In this document: positions 11,666-25,149 of the stretch, piece after piece | Layout of the letters: the number at the start of each line of letters is the position of its first letter | Position numbering within the stretch: position 1 is the first letter of the stretch | Assembly: GCA_051941275.1 (NCBI GenBank) | Contig: JAVEBF010000025.1 | Coordinates: forward strand, 1-48,442 | Length of the DNA: 48,442 nt | Direction of reading: 5' to 3' | Source of the DNA: Dirinaria sp. TL-2023a | Lineage: Eukaryota | Program-made: the position numbers and the translations under genes | Notes under the pieces: model-generated | Database searches by the model: none | What the model was told of the DNA's origin: nothing | What the model saw: the letters and a program-made list of their open reading frames with translations, nothing else

Positions 11666-11999
11666 GACTGTTGATATCAACTACGTTAAGGATTATCAAC
11701 TACAGGTGTTACGAGGGGCTTTAAGACATAGGAGGACTAAGGGTATATACTATATCTGCATCAGCACATTGGTGGTTGCAACTACTAGTAAAGGAAATTA
11801 CCATCATCCTTCAGCAACTTGGGCTCTGATTGATGAGATTGTTTGGCTTATGGTCGTATAGCTAGATCGGATTGACTTGGACTTTGACTGCTTAACAAAA
11901 TAATCAATCAGTCAACCTTTTTAAAGCTGCGAGACTTATCCAGTCACATCTCATGGTACATGACAACGCTCAACTTAACATGTATAATGACTTTCTCTT

Positions 12000-12844
12000 A
12001 TCTCCGTCGCGAAAAGCTCGATGGGCTCACCACCGGTAAGAGTCGCCCTACTTACTACTCATAACTCGGCCGACTATCTGAACCGTGTAAGTAAAGATTC
12101 GGCTTCATTCTCAATGCAGTCACAACATCGTTCTATTCTTTGTCAAACTTCACTGTTCTACTGGTCAGCGTTCACTAAGCCGAATAACAAGCTGTCATTA
12201 ACTCAATGCTTCTAACACTATATCGCCTTCTTGAAGGTAGCTCCTCGTTCTTAATGAAACACTGCAAAGATCTTAAACAAATATTACTCATTCTGTTGAG
12301 AGCTAAAGTCTTGGAGAAAGCTGTATTCAGCTTTGCTTTTCAGCATTTGTAGCCCAGCTCGCATACCTTGTATTTCGTACAACGCTCTAGAATATCTTAT
12401 TTGTCGATCAGAGTGAGATCGTGTTGAAGCATACCTGTCACTTTTCATGGTTGAAGTATCGGAAAGAATGTCGTCCACCGGAGCAGACCCAGCGACAGAG
12501 TCTAAGTATTCTTTAATCGGAGAACGCAGAAGCTCCTTATACTTTGGAAAGCATTATTGGCGAGAAATGGGCGATGTTTGACTTATTTAGTCTATCCGAA
12601 ACTGCCTTCTCACTTGCGTGCCAGGCTCTTGAGACATTGCGCTGCTCTTGCCAGTGTGTCATCCTTGAGTGTAAATATATACCATTGAGTTTTTTGCGCG
12701 CGCCAAGATTCGAGTATTTCTAGAAAGACTAGAGACTGTTTGATTTATGAACACGCCCTGTACACTCATCAATGAAGCATCGCTGCCCATGAAGTCTTGA
12801 CGCTCTTCAAACGTTGTACCCTTGAAAGTTTCCTCACCGCGCAT
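12000..12844 (-). pseudogene. decayed ORF relic with several in-frame stops
   Basis: ORFs 12659-12844 and 12284-12478 lie in the same minus-strand frame, separated by stop codons, in an AT-rich stretch. No family recognised; lower boundary approximate. Confidence 0.35.
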
Positions 12845-12891
12845 TGTATGGTTTTTCGCATGGTTCTTAACATGATATTTTCAACGATGGG

Positions 12892-12975
12892 CAGTATGAC
12901 ATGCGACATAGTAGATAGTATGATAGGCAGTATAAAAGACAACATGACAGAGAGTATAACAAGTACCATGACAGA
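12892..12975. repeat. degenerate 12-bp tandem array (consensus ~CAGTATGACAG[A/G]), about 7 units
   Basis: Units read cagtatgacatg/cgacatagtaga/tagtatgatagg/cagtataaaaga/caacatgacaga/gagtataacaag/taccatgacaga. Same consensus and orientation as the array at 3077. Confidence 0.65.
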
Positions 12976-13296
12976 TGATGTTGCGATGGTGTGAAATAAG
13001 AGATGTAAAAGGGAAATTAATGGGATTCTCAAATTTCAGCTTCGTTTTTTTGGGTTTTGAATTTCGATTTTTTGTCGGAAGTCAGGCCTTGTCAATCGTA
13101 CTTTACCGCTTTGTTTAATAGCTTTGGGGCTAGAGGTATCGAATATAAGTCAAAGCACGGACACCACGATCCTTTGAGCTTGTTCCGAGATGCGACTCGC
13201 GACGAAAAACTTTGTAAGTAGCTCGACTTGATCAGGAAAACAATCCGTAGATACTAATCTCCTTTTGCCCTCTTTGATTTCCTATTGCAGTCGATC

Positions 13297-13928
13297 ATGA
13301 AGTCAGTCCGCCTATTTTTCGTCGCAACCGTGCTATTTCGTCTTCATTTCTGCTATCACAATGTCCTTAGCCATAGCCTGCAACAGATTCAGCTGCCAAA
13401 GGATAACAATACAAGAGTGATCTGGGAGCCACTCAGGTAATGTGGTCGACTGAGCTCTTTCAGCTCCGCTCATCTCTACCAGCTAACCACACTATCAGTC
13501 TCAACGGCTCTTCTCCTCACCTCGAAGCTGGTCTCTTCCAAGGCCTCTTCATCCGCAACCGCACCCAGACCCTCCCCGGGCAAGCTATCGCAGCCATTCT
13601 GTTCCAATCGCTCTTCACCATGACCTTCAGAGAGCCTAATTTCAACCTCTCGACCTTCGATTGGACGGTGAGCTATCCGAAGGGAGGAGTGATTTTCCCG
13701 CTCAATGCTTCGATCCACGTGGTATCTACCGACTTGCCCAAACCATACGAAATGACGAACAATCGTTTGTCTGTCGCATTAAGCACTTTAGGCAATCACT
13801 TCAACGAGCATTGGGATTTGAACCACATGCATGAGTGGGAGTTTGATATCGCGATCTGTTATTTCTCGATTGGGGCTATCAAGATTATCGGTCGTGGTAG
13901 TATTGTTAAAGGTCTCAACGCGCCATAG
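13297..13928 (+). CDS. putative secreted hypothetical protein (probably 2 exons)
   Basis: MKSVRLFFVATVLFRLHFC signal-like start at 13297, an acceptor ctgagctctttcag at about 13463, and an open frame to 13928 with several N-glycosylation sequons (NHT, NGS, NRT, NLS, NAS). Intron donor uncertain. Confidence 0.5.
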
Positions 13929-14450
13929 CTAGTTGTTGCCTATGTTTTAGCTTCGATAGCAACTGATGTTGAAGTGAAAAAGCCATTAAACTCCCGAGTG
14001 AAGGTCTGCTGGGAACTGACATCGGATTCGCGAGAGCACATCCTAAATTTCAGATAATTATATTCATTTTCGACGAGGAAACATCCAAGGCAGCATTAAA
14101 TGATATACTCAAAGTTTCGCCAAAGAGTTTGAGACTGCCACAGGACGTCACTCACGTCAGCCCTCGCTGAGATTCCGGTCATAGACAATCGAGTAGGATT
14201 TTCTGACCATTCGTAGAGTAACTGTTCAAAGCTTTTGCAAAGATTTCAAGACCTTCTACGTCGCAAGCCCACAGTCAAGCGGGCATTGGAATGTTCCCTC
14301 GAGGTCGGAATCGGAAGCTATACCTTTGTACAGTCCATCCTCTTACATAGAGCAGCCTCGTGCCAAGCTAACAAGGTAAATAAGACATGGACCCAACCAA
14401 TTTCTCCCAGTTTGAAGCTTCAATCTTGATAGGGAATGCACAAATTCAGA

Positions 14451-16050
14451 CTAGTACAGTCTGTCATTATAGTCCACCATATCACTTGTTGTCCAAGAAA
14501 TCTCAGTCCTGACGTTAATTCCATATGGCGGCACTTCAGCAGCCCCTTCCTCGTCTTCGTTGTTTGTCACTCTTCCGCCACGTATTGTAGTACCGTGGCC
14601 AAGTGGGCGCAAATCTTCTGACGGATCGAGCTGAGTGAACGTTCCGTTGCTGCTTCTCCCCTTTGAGGATCCCCATCGGTTCATGGACGATACGTTGCCA
14701 CTGGAGCGGGGTGCATTTTTGATCGAGGGATGCTTAAAGATACCTTGGGTCATTACCGTGAAAAGTGGTCGGAGACTTGGAATGCACGCGCAGACGACAG
14801 CCATGCTAGGTTCCAATATGCACCATATACTCGGATCGACGTAGCTCCCTACGCCTTTTAGCCATGTCCAGCACAAGGTGTTAAGTCAGAAAGATGACTT
14901 ACATGTGAAGTCTATTCGCTCCAATCGGGAGCAGACGACGACCCAAATAATGCTTATCACAACGATACTATCAAGGTCAGTTACGAGATGAAACACTCGG
15001 CGCTTGTACATACAAGCCTGCCAGTGTAAACATGGCAAACACTACCATACGTTGCCTATAGGTAGTACGAAGGCGCCATACTAAGGGTATTGGCTATCAA
15101 TTGTTAGTGGTCGGATCATCTAGCACGAATAGAGCAACTGCATACGAGGAGGAATATTATAACGTTCTGCACGACGTTCACCGAGCCACTAGCAACATAA
15201 AACGCAATTACATCATAACAATGTCCGGTGGAGTGTCCTTCGATCTGATCCCAAGTATAATGAATTGGGAGGCTGCTGGCATTAGCTTCTGTTTTAGCAT
15301 TAATGAAGAGGTTGGGTACCATTGGAAAGTGGCAATGAGGGGAATTGACACCATGAGAACTACGGCGAGTAGAGATACCCCAAGAACAAGGTTCCGGAAA
15401 CGAGGAAGTGTGAAAATGCGATAGTAGAATAATAAGCTACTCGTTGTGGTTGTCTTGTCAGCTAGCTAATCATACAATCTAGGCCCACGAAAGGCAGAAG
15501 ATCGCTTACATTGGAAACTTTGCAAATTGATTTGCTATCGTGAATAGCAGCTGGAAGACATATAAAGTCATTAACCACCTCTTCCCTTTATGAAGTCGAT
15601 CTTCTAGACCCCAATACCATATGTGTCTTCCAAGTCCTTCGGAAACGGCTGCACGCATCGTAAGCAAGCATACTGAACAGGATCGATTCCAGAAAATTGA
15701 GTACATACCAATCAGCATTATCACGACGCATGCATTTGAGAATATCTGGGTTTATTAGACTTTGAGCAATTTAACGAAGAAGCCACGAAAAGACTTACCA
15801 AGGCTAAAATCGTAATGTAATCATCCCACTTCGATCCCTTTCATTAGCATTCGAGTAGCAGCATTTCCAAGCACGGGTTTATCCAGTTTCTTACCCAAAG
15901 TCCAGCTCTGGATAGCCTGCGAGAGAGCAGGCGGAGAACGACGAACGTGATTGGGATTATCAGGGTTGCAACGCCACTTCCAATAATACGGCCCCGCTGA
16001 TCTGCGTGGATATCGATGCCCGGTGGAGCAGCGTCGCTGAAGAAAGACAT
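14451..16050 (-). CDS. second PTH11-like rhodopsin-domain integral membrane protein
   Basis: PPGIDIHADQRGRIIGS...FVVLRLLSRRLSRAGLW|DDY, GLGRHIW, YVFQLLFTIANQFAK, IWCILEPSMAVVCACIPSLRPLF and C-terminal INVRTEISW. Many short introns. Confidence 0.9.
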
Positions 16051-18868
16051 CGCAGGAAGTGGTAAGTCTCATCAAGTCTAGTACATCAGGGGACTGAATG
16101 CACAGAAACCCACCGCCAGATAGACAGCACGAGCACAGAAAGGAAGAATTGCGAAGAAGTGTAGATTTCAGATGAGATAAGAGAAGTGTTTGAGGTAACC
16201 GAGACTATCTTATGCTTATCCCTTGTAACGAGGCGCACGCCTCAAACAGGCAGACGATGGGGTTGCGGATCATTTCCCACGGCTCGGTAAGCCCGATCAG
16301 CATTGAAGACAATGGTTGCATACATTGCGACTTGGCGTTTTCCACGCCTCATCATCGCAGACTAGAATGCGGCAAGTGCTATTGTCGGTGGTCTGAGCTG
16401 TGGCCCCCAACCTCTGATGACCATTCAGATTCGTTGATAGCGTTGCACACACAAATGGGTTCAAAGATCAGTGTCATTGTATGTACAGTAACAAGTCATA
16501 TCGGGCTATACTGACTGATATGCATCCTCCATTGCCAATTTAGCAGACGAAGGCAGCTACAGTGCTATTAATGGCGAAGTCAGTCGGCTCCAGCATGATC
16601 GCAACGGAACCTGCATGATGCCCGCTAGCCCATCTGCCCAACCGTTGAGGACACAAAGTCGAATAGTGGAAGGAAAGAGTGGATTGGACGATATCGGGAA
16701 GTAAGAAAGAAGGATGAAGAGACTGTCATGCCATTTAGTATGCACGTCAGCTGGCCCGTCCTGCAGACGCCTTTCTCTGCCAGGAACCTGCGTTAGACGA
16801 AGAATGCAGACGGCTGATCATGCCTGCATCCATGACTTTGGTGTGTATTACTGTCGCAGATTGTCCCGGACATCATTTAACAATGCTCTTTTCAGGAAGG
16901 AGTACCATACTGTAAATCAGCATCTTAATTGTCGAAAATAAACCAGAATACTAAAGTGTGGAGAGTTACTCATCCCTCGAAACAAGATTCTCACGTAGCG
17001 ACTTGATAGGGTTGCTAGACATCAATAAGATGATCACGAACATGAGCGAAATTTCGGGATCTTGTGAAGAGATCAGCACTAGTGGATCATGGAACAGCAT
17101 GTGCATTTTCGGCGGCACGGTTAGCGTACAGCTAGAACTTTTCTAGCGTTCAGTGCAACAGCTCTTCTTCACTTCAGCTGCTAGTGAAAGAGCCATGATG
17201 CGCGCGCATCCATGGGTGTCACAGAATTAGCTGTCACAGTCTCAGAGCTGCTGTGCCGATCGTCCTGCATCGCATTCAAGATACCTCTGATCACTTTTTT
17301 CACATGACTCCTAGCTTTTCGGGATCGCAGCTAGCCTGTGCAACAAGTGTTCCTAAACTTCAATTTCTCTCTTCGCCTCCCATTATACTAACTCGGATAC
17401 TTCCCATCTAGACCAATATACAGGCATTTCACGTGTAGCTCTCCAAGCATTGTCTACGCCATCGTTGAACCAATTGTTTTCATGGCAACACGATGTCAGA
17501 TCCGCTCTTGACACGCCTCAAAATAAGACGGATTGACTCTCGAAGATGATGCGCTCCATGAAACAATGTCTTCGGCAAAATGTAGTGTTCCAAAACCATA
17601 CCTTAAAATGCAAACCTCCACATCTAGTGCACGATCTTGTTTCATGATCTGTCAATCATACCCTTCTATGTGTTTGTTGCATGGGTCGAAGATCGAGAGA
17701 CTGTTCCATACGTATGTATAGGCCTTGTCTGGTGCAAGAGGTAAGGTTACTAGCGATTCTTGCGTTGAGAAGGCCAGGGTAAGCGGCTGCAGCACAAAGA
17801 GCGCTAATAGCCTAATCTGCCCCAATTCACCTCGCTTCCTACTCCGCAGCTTCGACAGACTGCTTTTCCTTCTACCGTTCTCTGAATCATCTACTTCATC
17901 GCCTCCATATCGCATCATACGCTGCTCGTCTCTCCTCTCTTCGTCCGGTTTACGTCGTCATTCACCTCGCCTGTTGATGTGATCTTGTTTGGTCACCTTC
18001 CCAAACCCCTCCCCCCTTTTCCAAAGCAGTCTCCCGGCTCTGCATACTTCTGCTTCTCCGCACATGCTCTTATTGCGTCGAGATGCTTGTTTCCTGAGCG
18101 AATGTGCCATGCCTGACAACGGCCTGATAGGACGATAGTAGGGACTCGATGTCGACTTGATATCTGAATGACGGAGGGTGGAAGCAAACACGATGGATAT
18201 AGTAGCGGAAAAGGCAGTGTCCAAATGGGTTCTGTAACGAGGCCGAAGCTGAGGAAGTGGATAGTAAAACGGCGCGGCGGTGATAGCGGGCGATAAGAAA
18301 AGGAGCGGTAATATCAACAGAACAAAACCATTAGAAGATCTAAAGAAAGCCCATCCAAAAGGCCGCTCATCAAAGGTTCCCGCAAACAATTCAAAAGCAC
18401 ACGCTTCCTGAAGAGTAAATTCGAATTGCGAAAATGGCACCGGATCGAGATTTTACCGTGCCCTATCGAAACGGTCGTGCGCTTTCTGCATTACTGTAAC
18501 GGCACGATGAACTTAAGATCATCATCCACCAGCTGCGAATCGCTTTTACCTCGCGTCGTATCGCTGTGGCCCTTGAGGCGCGGAGGGCGGAGTGGAGGAA
18601 TTGCAGATTGGCCCTTGGATTTGCGCCGCACCTTGCTTTGCGCGCAATCTCAGTTGGAGAACATCTGAAAATTGGTGCGTACCAGCGCCGGCACATGCTG
18701 CAGGAGGAGGCGCATCTAGCAGTGCAACAGAGTATGAGTGGGTGCCACAAGGTTATGCTGGCTTGTTGTGGAAACGACCGGGAGCAAAATTTGTAGATCT
18801 TGGTAGAAATCTCTTCAATCCTTTCCCGCAGGCTCAGAGCTGCCCATTTCTGCTCTCAAGGTCTGCGA

Positions 18869-19969
18869 TCAGGCTGGAAGTTCGCCATGTGCCCTAGGAT
18901 TGCTTGGATCATCGAGCTCCGGTATCCGCCTAGGATTGTTTGGATCGTCAAGCTCCGGCGTACCTCCATCCCCCCTTCTATCCGCTGGAGCATAATATCC
19001 CTTCTCCGGCGCTGCTTGTGCCGATCTTGCAGGCAGTTCACTCTTGTATTGTCCACCGCTCACTCCTCCCTGTCTTCGGCTCCTTGTTCTGAGGAAGAAT
19101 AGTCCAGCGACGACTGCGGCAACGGCGACGACGACCCCGATCACGATCCCGGCAATCGCTCCCCCGCTCAAGCCGCCCGACTTGGGCGAGGCTGTAGCCG
19201 TGTTTGTTGTTTGGGGTGGAGTTGTGTTCTCCGCTACGGCTGCCGCGCCGGCTGTTGTGCTCGCTGATGCTTTTTGCTTCGACGATGTGACAGCGAGCTG
19301 AGATTCAGATGAGGTTGCTTTTGCTTTCTTCGAGGAGGTGGTGGTAGTCTGAGTGGTCGAAGATGTATGGGAGGTTGTGGGAGCTCCAGTGACGCCAACG
19401 GTTGTCAAAGGCGTGCCTAAATCGAGACTCTTGACTTTCGGATCGGGGTAACAAGGTTGATCCAAATCCGCCTGGCAGCAGAAGGTGTTATCCTGTGAAT
19501 TCAGCGTAATGCCCCGACCCAGATCTGTTCGCGACACTTTAGTAGTCGCTCACGCTACGATCCACGTTCAGGCTCGCTTACTGTTGAGGCAGAATTTGGG
19601 GCAGACGGAACTAGTCCAGGTAGAATCGGTGCAGGTTGCACGAGCCAGGAGTGTCTCGCCTGAACCGATTTCCTGTCTGTACGTTGTACCAAAAGTCAGT
19701 GCTGCCGAGAACGTGGTTGCGGGCGCTTACGTCGTGTTTTGATCGGAGCAGACGCCATTGAGACATGTCCAAAACTGGCCACAGCAGATGGACGCGTGAG
19801 CACCAGGGTTGCACGGAGAATCGCCCTCAACGATGCTACCGTCGAAGTCGTAGCATGGGACTGTGGAACCGTTGCTGGAAGCGGTGTTCTGCGAGCGTGC
19901 GACACCGGCAAGCAGCAGCAGTGTAATTGCGAAAATCCACTGTGCGCCGCTCAGTCTTGCACTCAGCAT
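18869..19969 (-). CDS. Cys-rich single-pass type I membrane protein (Mid2-like cell-surface protein), 3 exons
   Basis: Signal peptide; Cys-rich ectodomain (CY..PC..SICCG..TCLNGVC..RATCTDSTWTSSVCPKFC..FCC..C); Ser/Thr-rich stalk; TM GLSGGAIAGIVIGVVVAVAAVVAGLFFL followed by RTRSRR; cytoplasmic tail with ELP/ELD motifs. Confidence 0.85.
18893..18958. repeat. 36-bp tandem duplication encoding PELDDPNNPR / PELDDPSNPR
   Basis: cctaggattg(c/t)ttggatc(a/g)tc(g/a)agctccgg at 18893 and 18929. Confidence 0.85.
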
Positions 19970-22900
19970 GGTTGCGAGAATTCGTGGGCGGTCTTGAAAG
20001 AGTCGGAAGAGTCGGATGAGGTTTGTGTAGATCGTTAAAAGCCGGGACTTGCGACTGAATCTTCACGACGGGAGAAAAGTCGAGGTGGTGGGAGATTATT
20101 GCAGGCATATTGGCGTGGGCGCTGGGCGAGCGCTGGAAACAGGAGCTAAGTGCGGCGGTGCTGAATGGCTGAGCCCCTATAAACCTTGATGATCCTTCGC
20201 CTTCTAGGTCTTAAAGGCATGAAATTAGGTATTTGTACAGTAGTAGCTAAGTAGTGGTGGTGGTGCGATTGGTTATGCTTTGATGGGTTTCGTATTCAGC
20301 CACGGAAACCTTCCCTTTTTCAATAATCGCCGTCAATTGGTTCGGTCTCGGAGCTTGGCACTCTTTTGAGCAATTGGTCATGATTGGTCTGCCGGAGCCT
20401 CGAGCCTCATTCCGCGATTATTGCCGTATCTGGACATAGCCTGGAAATGCTTGGCAGATGATTGGTGGTAAAATATTAATTAAAGCAGACAAGCAGACCG
20501 TTTGATGAAGCAGCACGAGCTGAAAATGAGAAAAGATGCCCGCGAAACGAAAGCACGTCTGAGGGGAATAAAAAAGCGATGATCAAAGCAGCAGAAGGCT
20601 TCCAACGGCCTAGTCCGCATATTCAGCAACTAGAGACCACCTCATCATACTTCAAACCTGCCCCTCAACCGACCCTTTTGCCGATACGCGAACACGTAAC
20701 TTGGCATCCAACGAAACATGCAAACGGCTTTTCGACCAACTTTCAGCGCCTGATCAAATCAGTCTAGAAAAGGTTTTGAGAATTTCGTACAATGACAATG
20801 CAGAAGGTGGATCTTTCTCGCCAGTTGTTCATTGGTCCCTTCCCTCACATATCTTTTGAGATCCCTGCCCGGCACTTTTCCATGTCGTCGAACACTCTTT
20901 TGGCCAAGTCATGTAATTGCTATACTTCACATCGCCCTTTTGACTTATACGAGGTTCGATCGGCCCACCTACCACCCTGAGTGTCGAGGATATACTGTTG
21001 TGGGGGAGATTGTTAGTGCTTGTAAGTTGATTTACTAGAATTTAATACTGATGCAGCTTATTAAAGACTGATCTCACTTCTATCACTGCTTGGGGTTTTC
21101 TTTCCGATCTGCGACATTACAATGCTCACAACGTTATCGAGTGGGAAGAAATACCTCAGAGATCTTCTACACGATGTGCCCTATGCGTGACGTGACCCTC
21201 CTCAGACGATAGACGCTGAGAAGGAGGTTTGAGGACAGAGACGCCACTCCTCATCATGTGTGGAAGGTCACTAGGCCATCCCTGAAAGTTACCATAAAGC
21301 TCCAAATTGCTTCGGGCTCTCAGCTACTGGAACTCGAGCGCCAATTTCTTATCGTTAGAAGGAGCACCCAGCTTAATGTCGACCTTGGCAGCCATGCGAA
21401 GGGATCATCATTTAGAATTTGACACGACCTTGAAAGAGCACATCTTGCTGTGAAACTACTGCCAACAAGGTTTTATCTTCGATCGAATCACGTTGGAAGG
21501 CTTCCTGAGGCTTCCAATGATCATGTGAGCTATGAGTATCTCAGGTTCGCCTACTTTTCCTGTAATGAACCTTTCAAAGCCGGATTATGATACTGAAATG
21601 GCTAAGGCTTTTTACACTCGTCAGCCGTGCTGAAGAGCGTCTACATCTAATACCCGTGCATAAAGAAGCCAAAGTAGCGAACTGTCGACACATAATCGCC
21701 ATCTACTGTTAATAAGACAGGCTTCACCGTACTTCGCTCTTGCGCGGCCTGAAAGAGATCTAGTATTACTAACAACAGATCTCCTTCGTCTTTCATACCG
21801 TTGCCCGTAATTTTATTCGATCGCAAGATCCATCCAGCCTGATGTTATGATGACATCAGCAGCGGTAACAGGTGGCAAAGACTTAAATGTCGACCTTTGG
21901 GATCATATCAAGACACCATCGATTGTTTTCGACAAAACAATACTTGATGTGGAGACAGAGACCGGCACACCACTTTACACATGCAATGTGTGTGTGTTTC
22001 CGGTGTTTGGGACAGGAATCTCAAATATCTAATTTGAACGATTCTGGACCAGCCGGACTACCTCGGTCGCAAATTGCTTCAACGTTGCCCTCCTAAACCC
22101 CGACATTGGTGGATTATTGAAAAAAAAGCACGTCTGGAAATGTCCTGCATGGTTCACTTCCCGAGACTCCAGGCGGGGTGGAAAATAAATCGCAACCATG
22201 TTCTGGCCACTGGCTTGATTTCGAATTTTGGGTTCTTGCACTTCAAAGTCCCGGAGCTTCCTGTAGCGCAGCTTATCCCTGTCCCACACGTATGCTGCAA
22301 TGGGAGAACCAGGCTGTTTTGAGAAGTGGCTGCGGAGAGGCGTTCATTCTTGAGAGCTCGATATTCTTTCCCTCGAGCATGTAGCTCTTCTTCAAACGCT
22401 GGTGTGTCGCCGCAGACTTAGTAGCAACGGACTAGCATCGAGTACCAAGTCTCCGGATAGCTCGGTCATATCCCGCCAACCTTGAAGTCTACGGAGAAGC
22501 TAAGTCTTTAATCCGAGGGCCAGGATGAACAAAGCTTCGCTTTTGAACGGCGTTTTTTGTTTGGATTTCTAAAAAAGGAAGAAAACGTCGCTCCATCAAC
22601 AACCTTGAGAATCTTCACCGATCTCAAGGCGCTATCTAAGATGTCTCTGCTTCTGTGAGATAATGCGAACGCTTGCAGAGGTGATCAGAGGGTATATCCT
22701 ACGACTACAGAGCTGACTTAAGCCGAACGCCGTCTTACATCCAAGCTGCTACCATTGTCTCCACTCACCCCTCCCCCTTCCTCCCCACCAGACCAGGATA
22801 GTCGCAAGCCCCAGCGGCATCTATGCCTGGCTTTCGATATCTCAGATGGCAATTTCATGACAATGTGGAGCATCTCACACGTATGTGGAGCAGCGCCATG

Positions 22901-23180
22901 CTTTTCTCATGACGTGTAGGCTCTCTATCTGTTTGCAAGATCTAGCAAGACTCGCTCTTCTATGCTTCAAGCGGGATCAATGCTACGATTGAATCGAACA
23001 AGCGGTCTACCTGGTGTATATAAAAGGTGCGAAGATCCCTTCCAAGTCTGTCTCACTCTACATCAAGCTTCAGTTTTTTCCATCACTTCCCTTACTCCCA
23101 TCCCAAGAGCCTCTACCTATACACCCCTTTCCTCGCTTCCGTGCCTCTTTCTATAGCTACTCCAATCAACCACCGACGAT

Positions 23181-24018
23181 ATGAAAAGAATCTTCGTTGC
23201 ATGCCTCGCTGCCGGCCATCTGGCTGCCGCTTTGCCGAACACCTCGCCATCGTACTTTTCATACACCCAAACCTCCAAGGTAACTTCTGCTCATCCGCCA
23301 CATCACCTCCAGTCACGCTGACTCTTGTACTCGAACGCCAGTTTGACAACATCGAAAGCGTGCCCGGCGCAGCCGTCGGACCCGTAGGCGACAACAGCAT
23401 CGACGAGAATCTCAAATGGAGTGGCTTCAGTCTTGTCGAAACCATGTTCCCGACAGGTGAAGGGGTCGTGCCGGGCGTCATCCCGCAGTCGGCGCCGAAC
23501 TTGATTGCGTTCGCGACGGATGACGTTGAGACGATCAACGAAGGTGAGAGAGAGAGAAACTCCTCCTTGTCTGCCAACCACCGTGCCGTGCTGCAGTGCA
23601 AGAACGAGAGAGAGCGAGAGATTTTGTCACTGACCCAGGAGAGACAACAGGGACCCCGCAGATCACGTCCAACTTCGAGGACTCGCAAACGGCGTTCTTC
23701 GACCTCATATCCATGTTCATCGCCTGCTCGTCCGCCACCGAAGCCTCCGTCACCGCTCTACCGGTCCCGTGCAACATCACCGTCACCGGCTTCACCCCAG
23801 CTCCGAACCCGAAGCAGGTGGGGCCGCCGGCGACATTCCGCTTCGTGCCCCCCGGCGGCACGAGCGCGGATATGGTGCCTGTGGCTCTGCCGAGCTATTT
23901 TAGGGGTCTCGGCAGTGCGGTGTTTACGCTCCAGAGCGCCAATAACGCGGTCACCTCCGGGCTGGTAGACAATGTTCAGAACACCATCACCAGCACGGCG
24001 CCGGTGTCGAGCTCGTGA
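23181..24018 (+). CDS. secreted hypothetical protein, 3 exons
   Basis: TATA-like tatataaaa at about 23017. Signal MKRIFVACLAAGHLAAA-LP; introns start at gtaact (~23280) and gtgaga (~23544). Exons encode FDNIESVPG...PQSAPNLIAF and FFDLISMFIAC...CNITVTGF...LVDNV. Confidence 0.75.
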
Positions 24019-25149
24019 GACGGAGAGTATGGGAAGCCTGTTCCGTTTTGAAGGAAGAAGATGGGCCCAGCGTGGAGTTTATGTCGAGTCTCTAGCTTTG
24101 AGTTGATCCGTTGCTAAGTCGTGTTCTTGATGCTCTACATGTGTTGTGCATACGTGATCCAATCCATAACTTTTTTGTGCCTTGGAATACTACTTTATTG
24201 ACTCATCTCCCTTCCCATCGCGTGCGCCATCGCCGGATCAAGGGCACATCAAGCTCCCCGAAAGTTTTTCTTCTTGCAAATTGAATCAGCTATCTCAGAA
24301 TGAAGTAACTTCAATTTGACGTGCGGGAGAGATAAGTTTAAATAGTTAGTGCAGTTCAAGAACATGACGAATTGCACGCCGACCTGCACGAAATGTCTTC
24401 TCTCCATAGTATGACATCTGTCCTATTCGACTGAAGCAAATGCAAAGCACCGTGCCACACATTCAGCTCTCTCACACCAAGAACTCACTACTGCCATCAA
24501 TCACAGCGTTGACCGTCCCTCTTCTCAAATAGATTACTGTCCATTGATGCACCCCCCCTCCCCCTCGTTCCCTCCCACCTACAGAAAAAGAGAACGCCGT
24601 ATGATATTGCTCCACACTCTCCACGATCAGCGCCCCAATCCATATCAATTACAAAAACTCCCAAACCACGATCTGTCAGAAGATGCGAGACTTCGTACCC
24701 TCTAAGTCGATCTTATGAGGAAGAAGATAAGTCATGAATTACGTCTCTGCAGTCGGATGTTGTAGATCTGGAAATCGAGAAACAGCGCTGAAATGAGATC
24801 AAGAGCGATAAGTGGAAATTTCATCAGTTGGGTTATGTTTATCGAATGATGTGCATTTGCTCGGACTTTGAAAGGCATTCGTTGGAAGCGCTTCACCGTG
24901 GTATGAGTACTTTACGCAAAGGTCATGGACAGTTTTGTCGGTGAATGAGGACACCTTGGATGTATTACTCTACTCTGTTGAGAATCTAGCTTCTGCATAG
25001 CGTCTAGATGCATATCCATCATAGTCACATTTACCTTTGATTGTTTGTGTGTGGTCTCTTTAGTAGTTCCATTCCCAGCACTATCATAATGTTCTCCATG
25101 CTTTCTCTTCGCTTTCAGGTTGGCGCTCTGCCTACATAGACCTCAGCAG

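Noticed and set aside
3077..12975. 12-bp arrays as CRISPR or telomeric repeats
   Set aside because: Eukaryotic context, no spacers, degenerate units and no TTAGGG-type motif.
16200..18800. Cluster of short ORFs on both strands
   Set aside because: No domain motifs or consistent splice structure; cannot be supported as genes.
23027..23968. 313-aa ORF as a single-exon gene
   Set aside because: It is a chance read-through of introns. Only the middle part is in the true frame of the spliced secreted protein 23181-24018.
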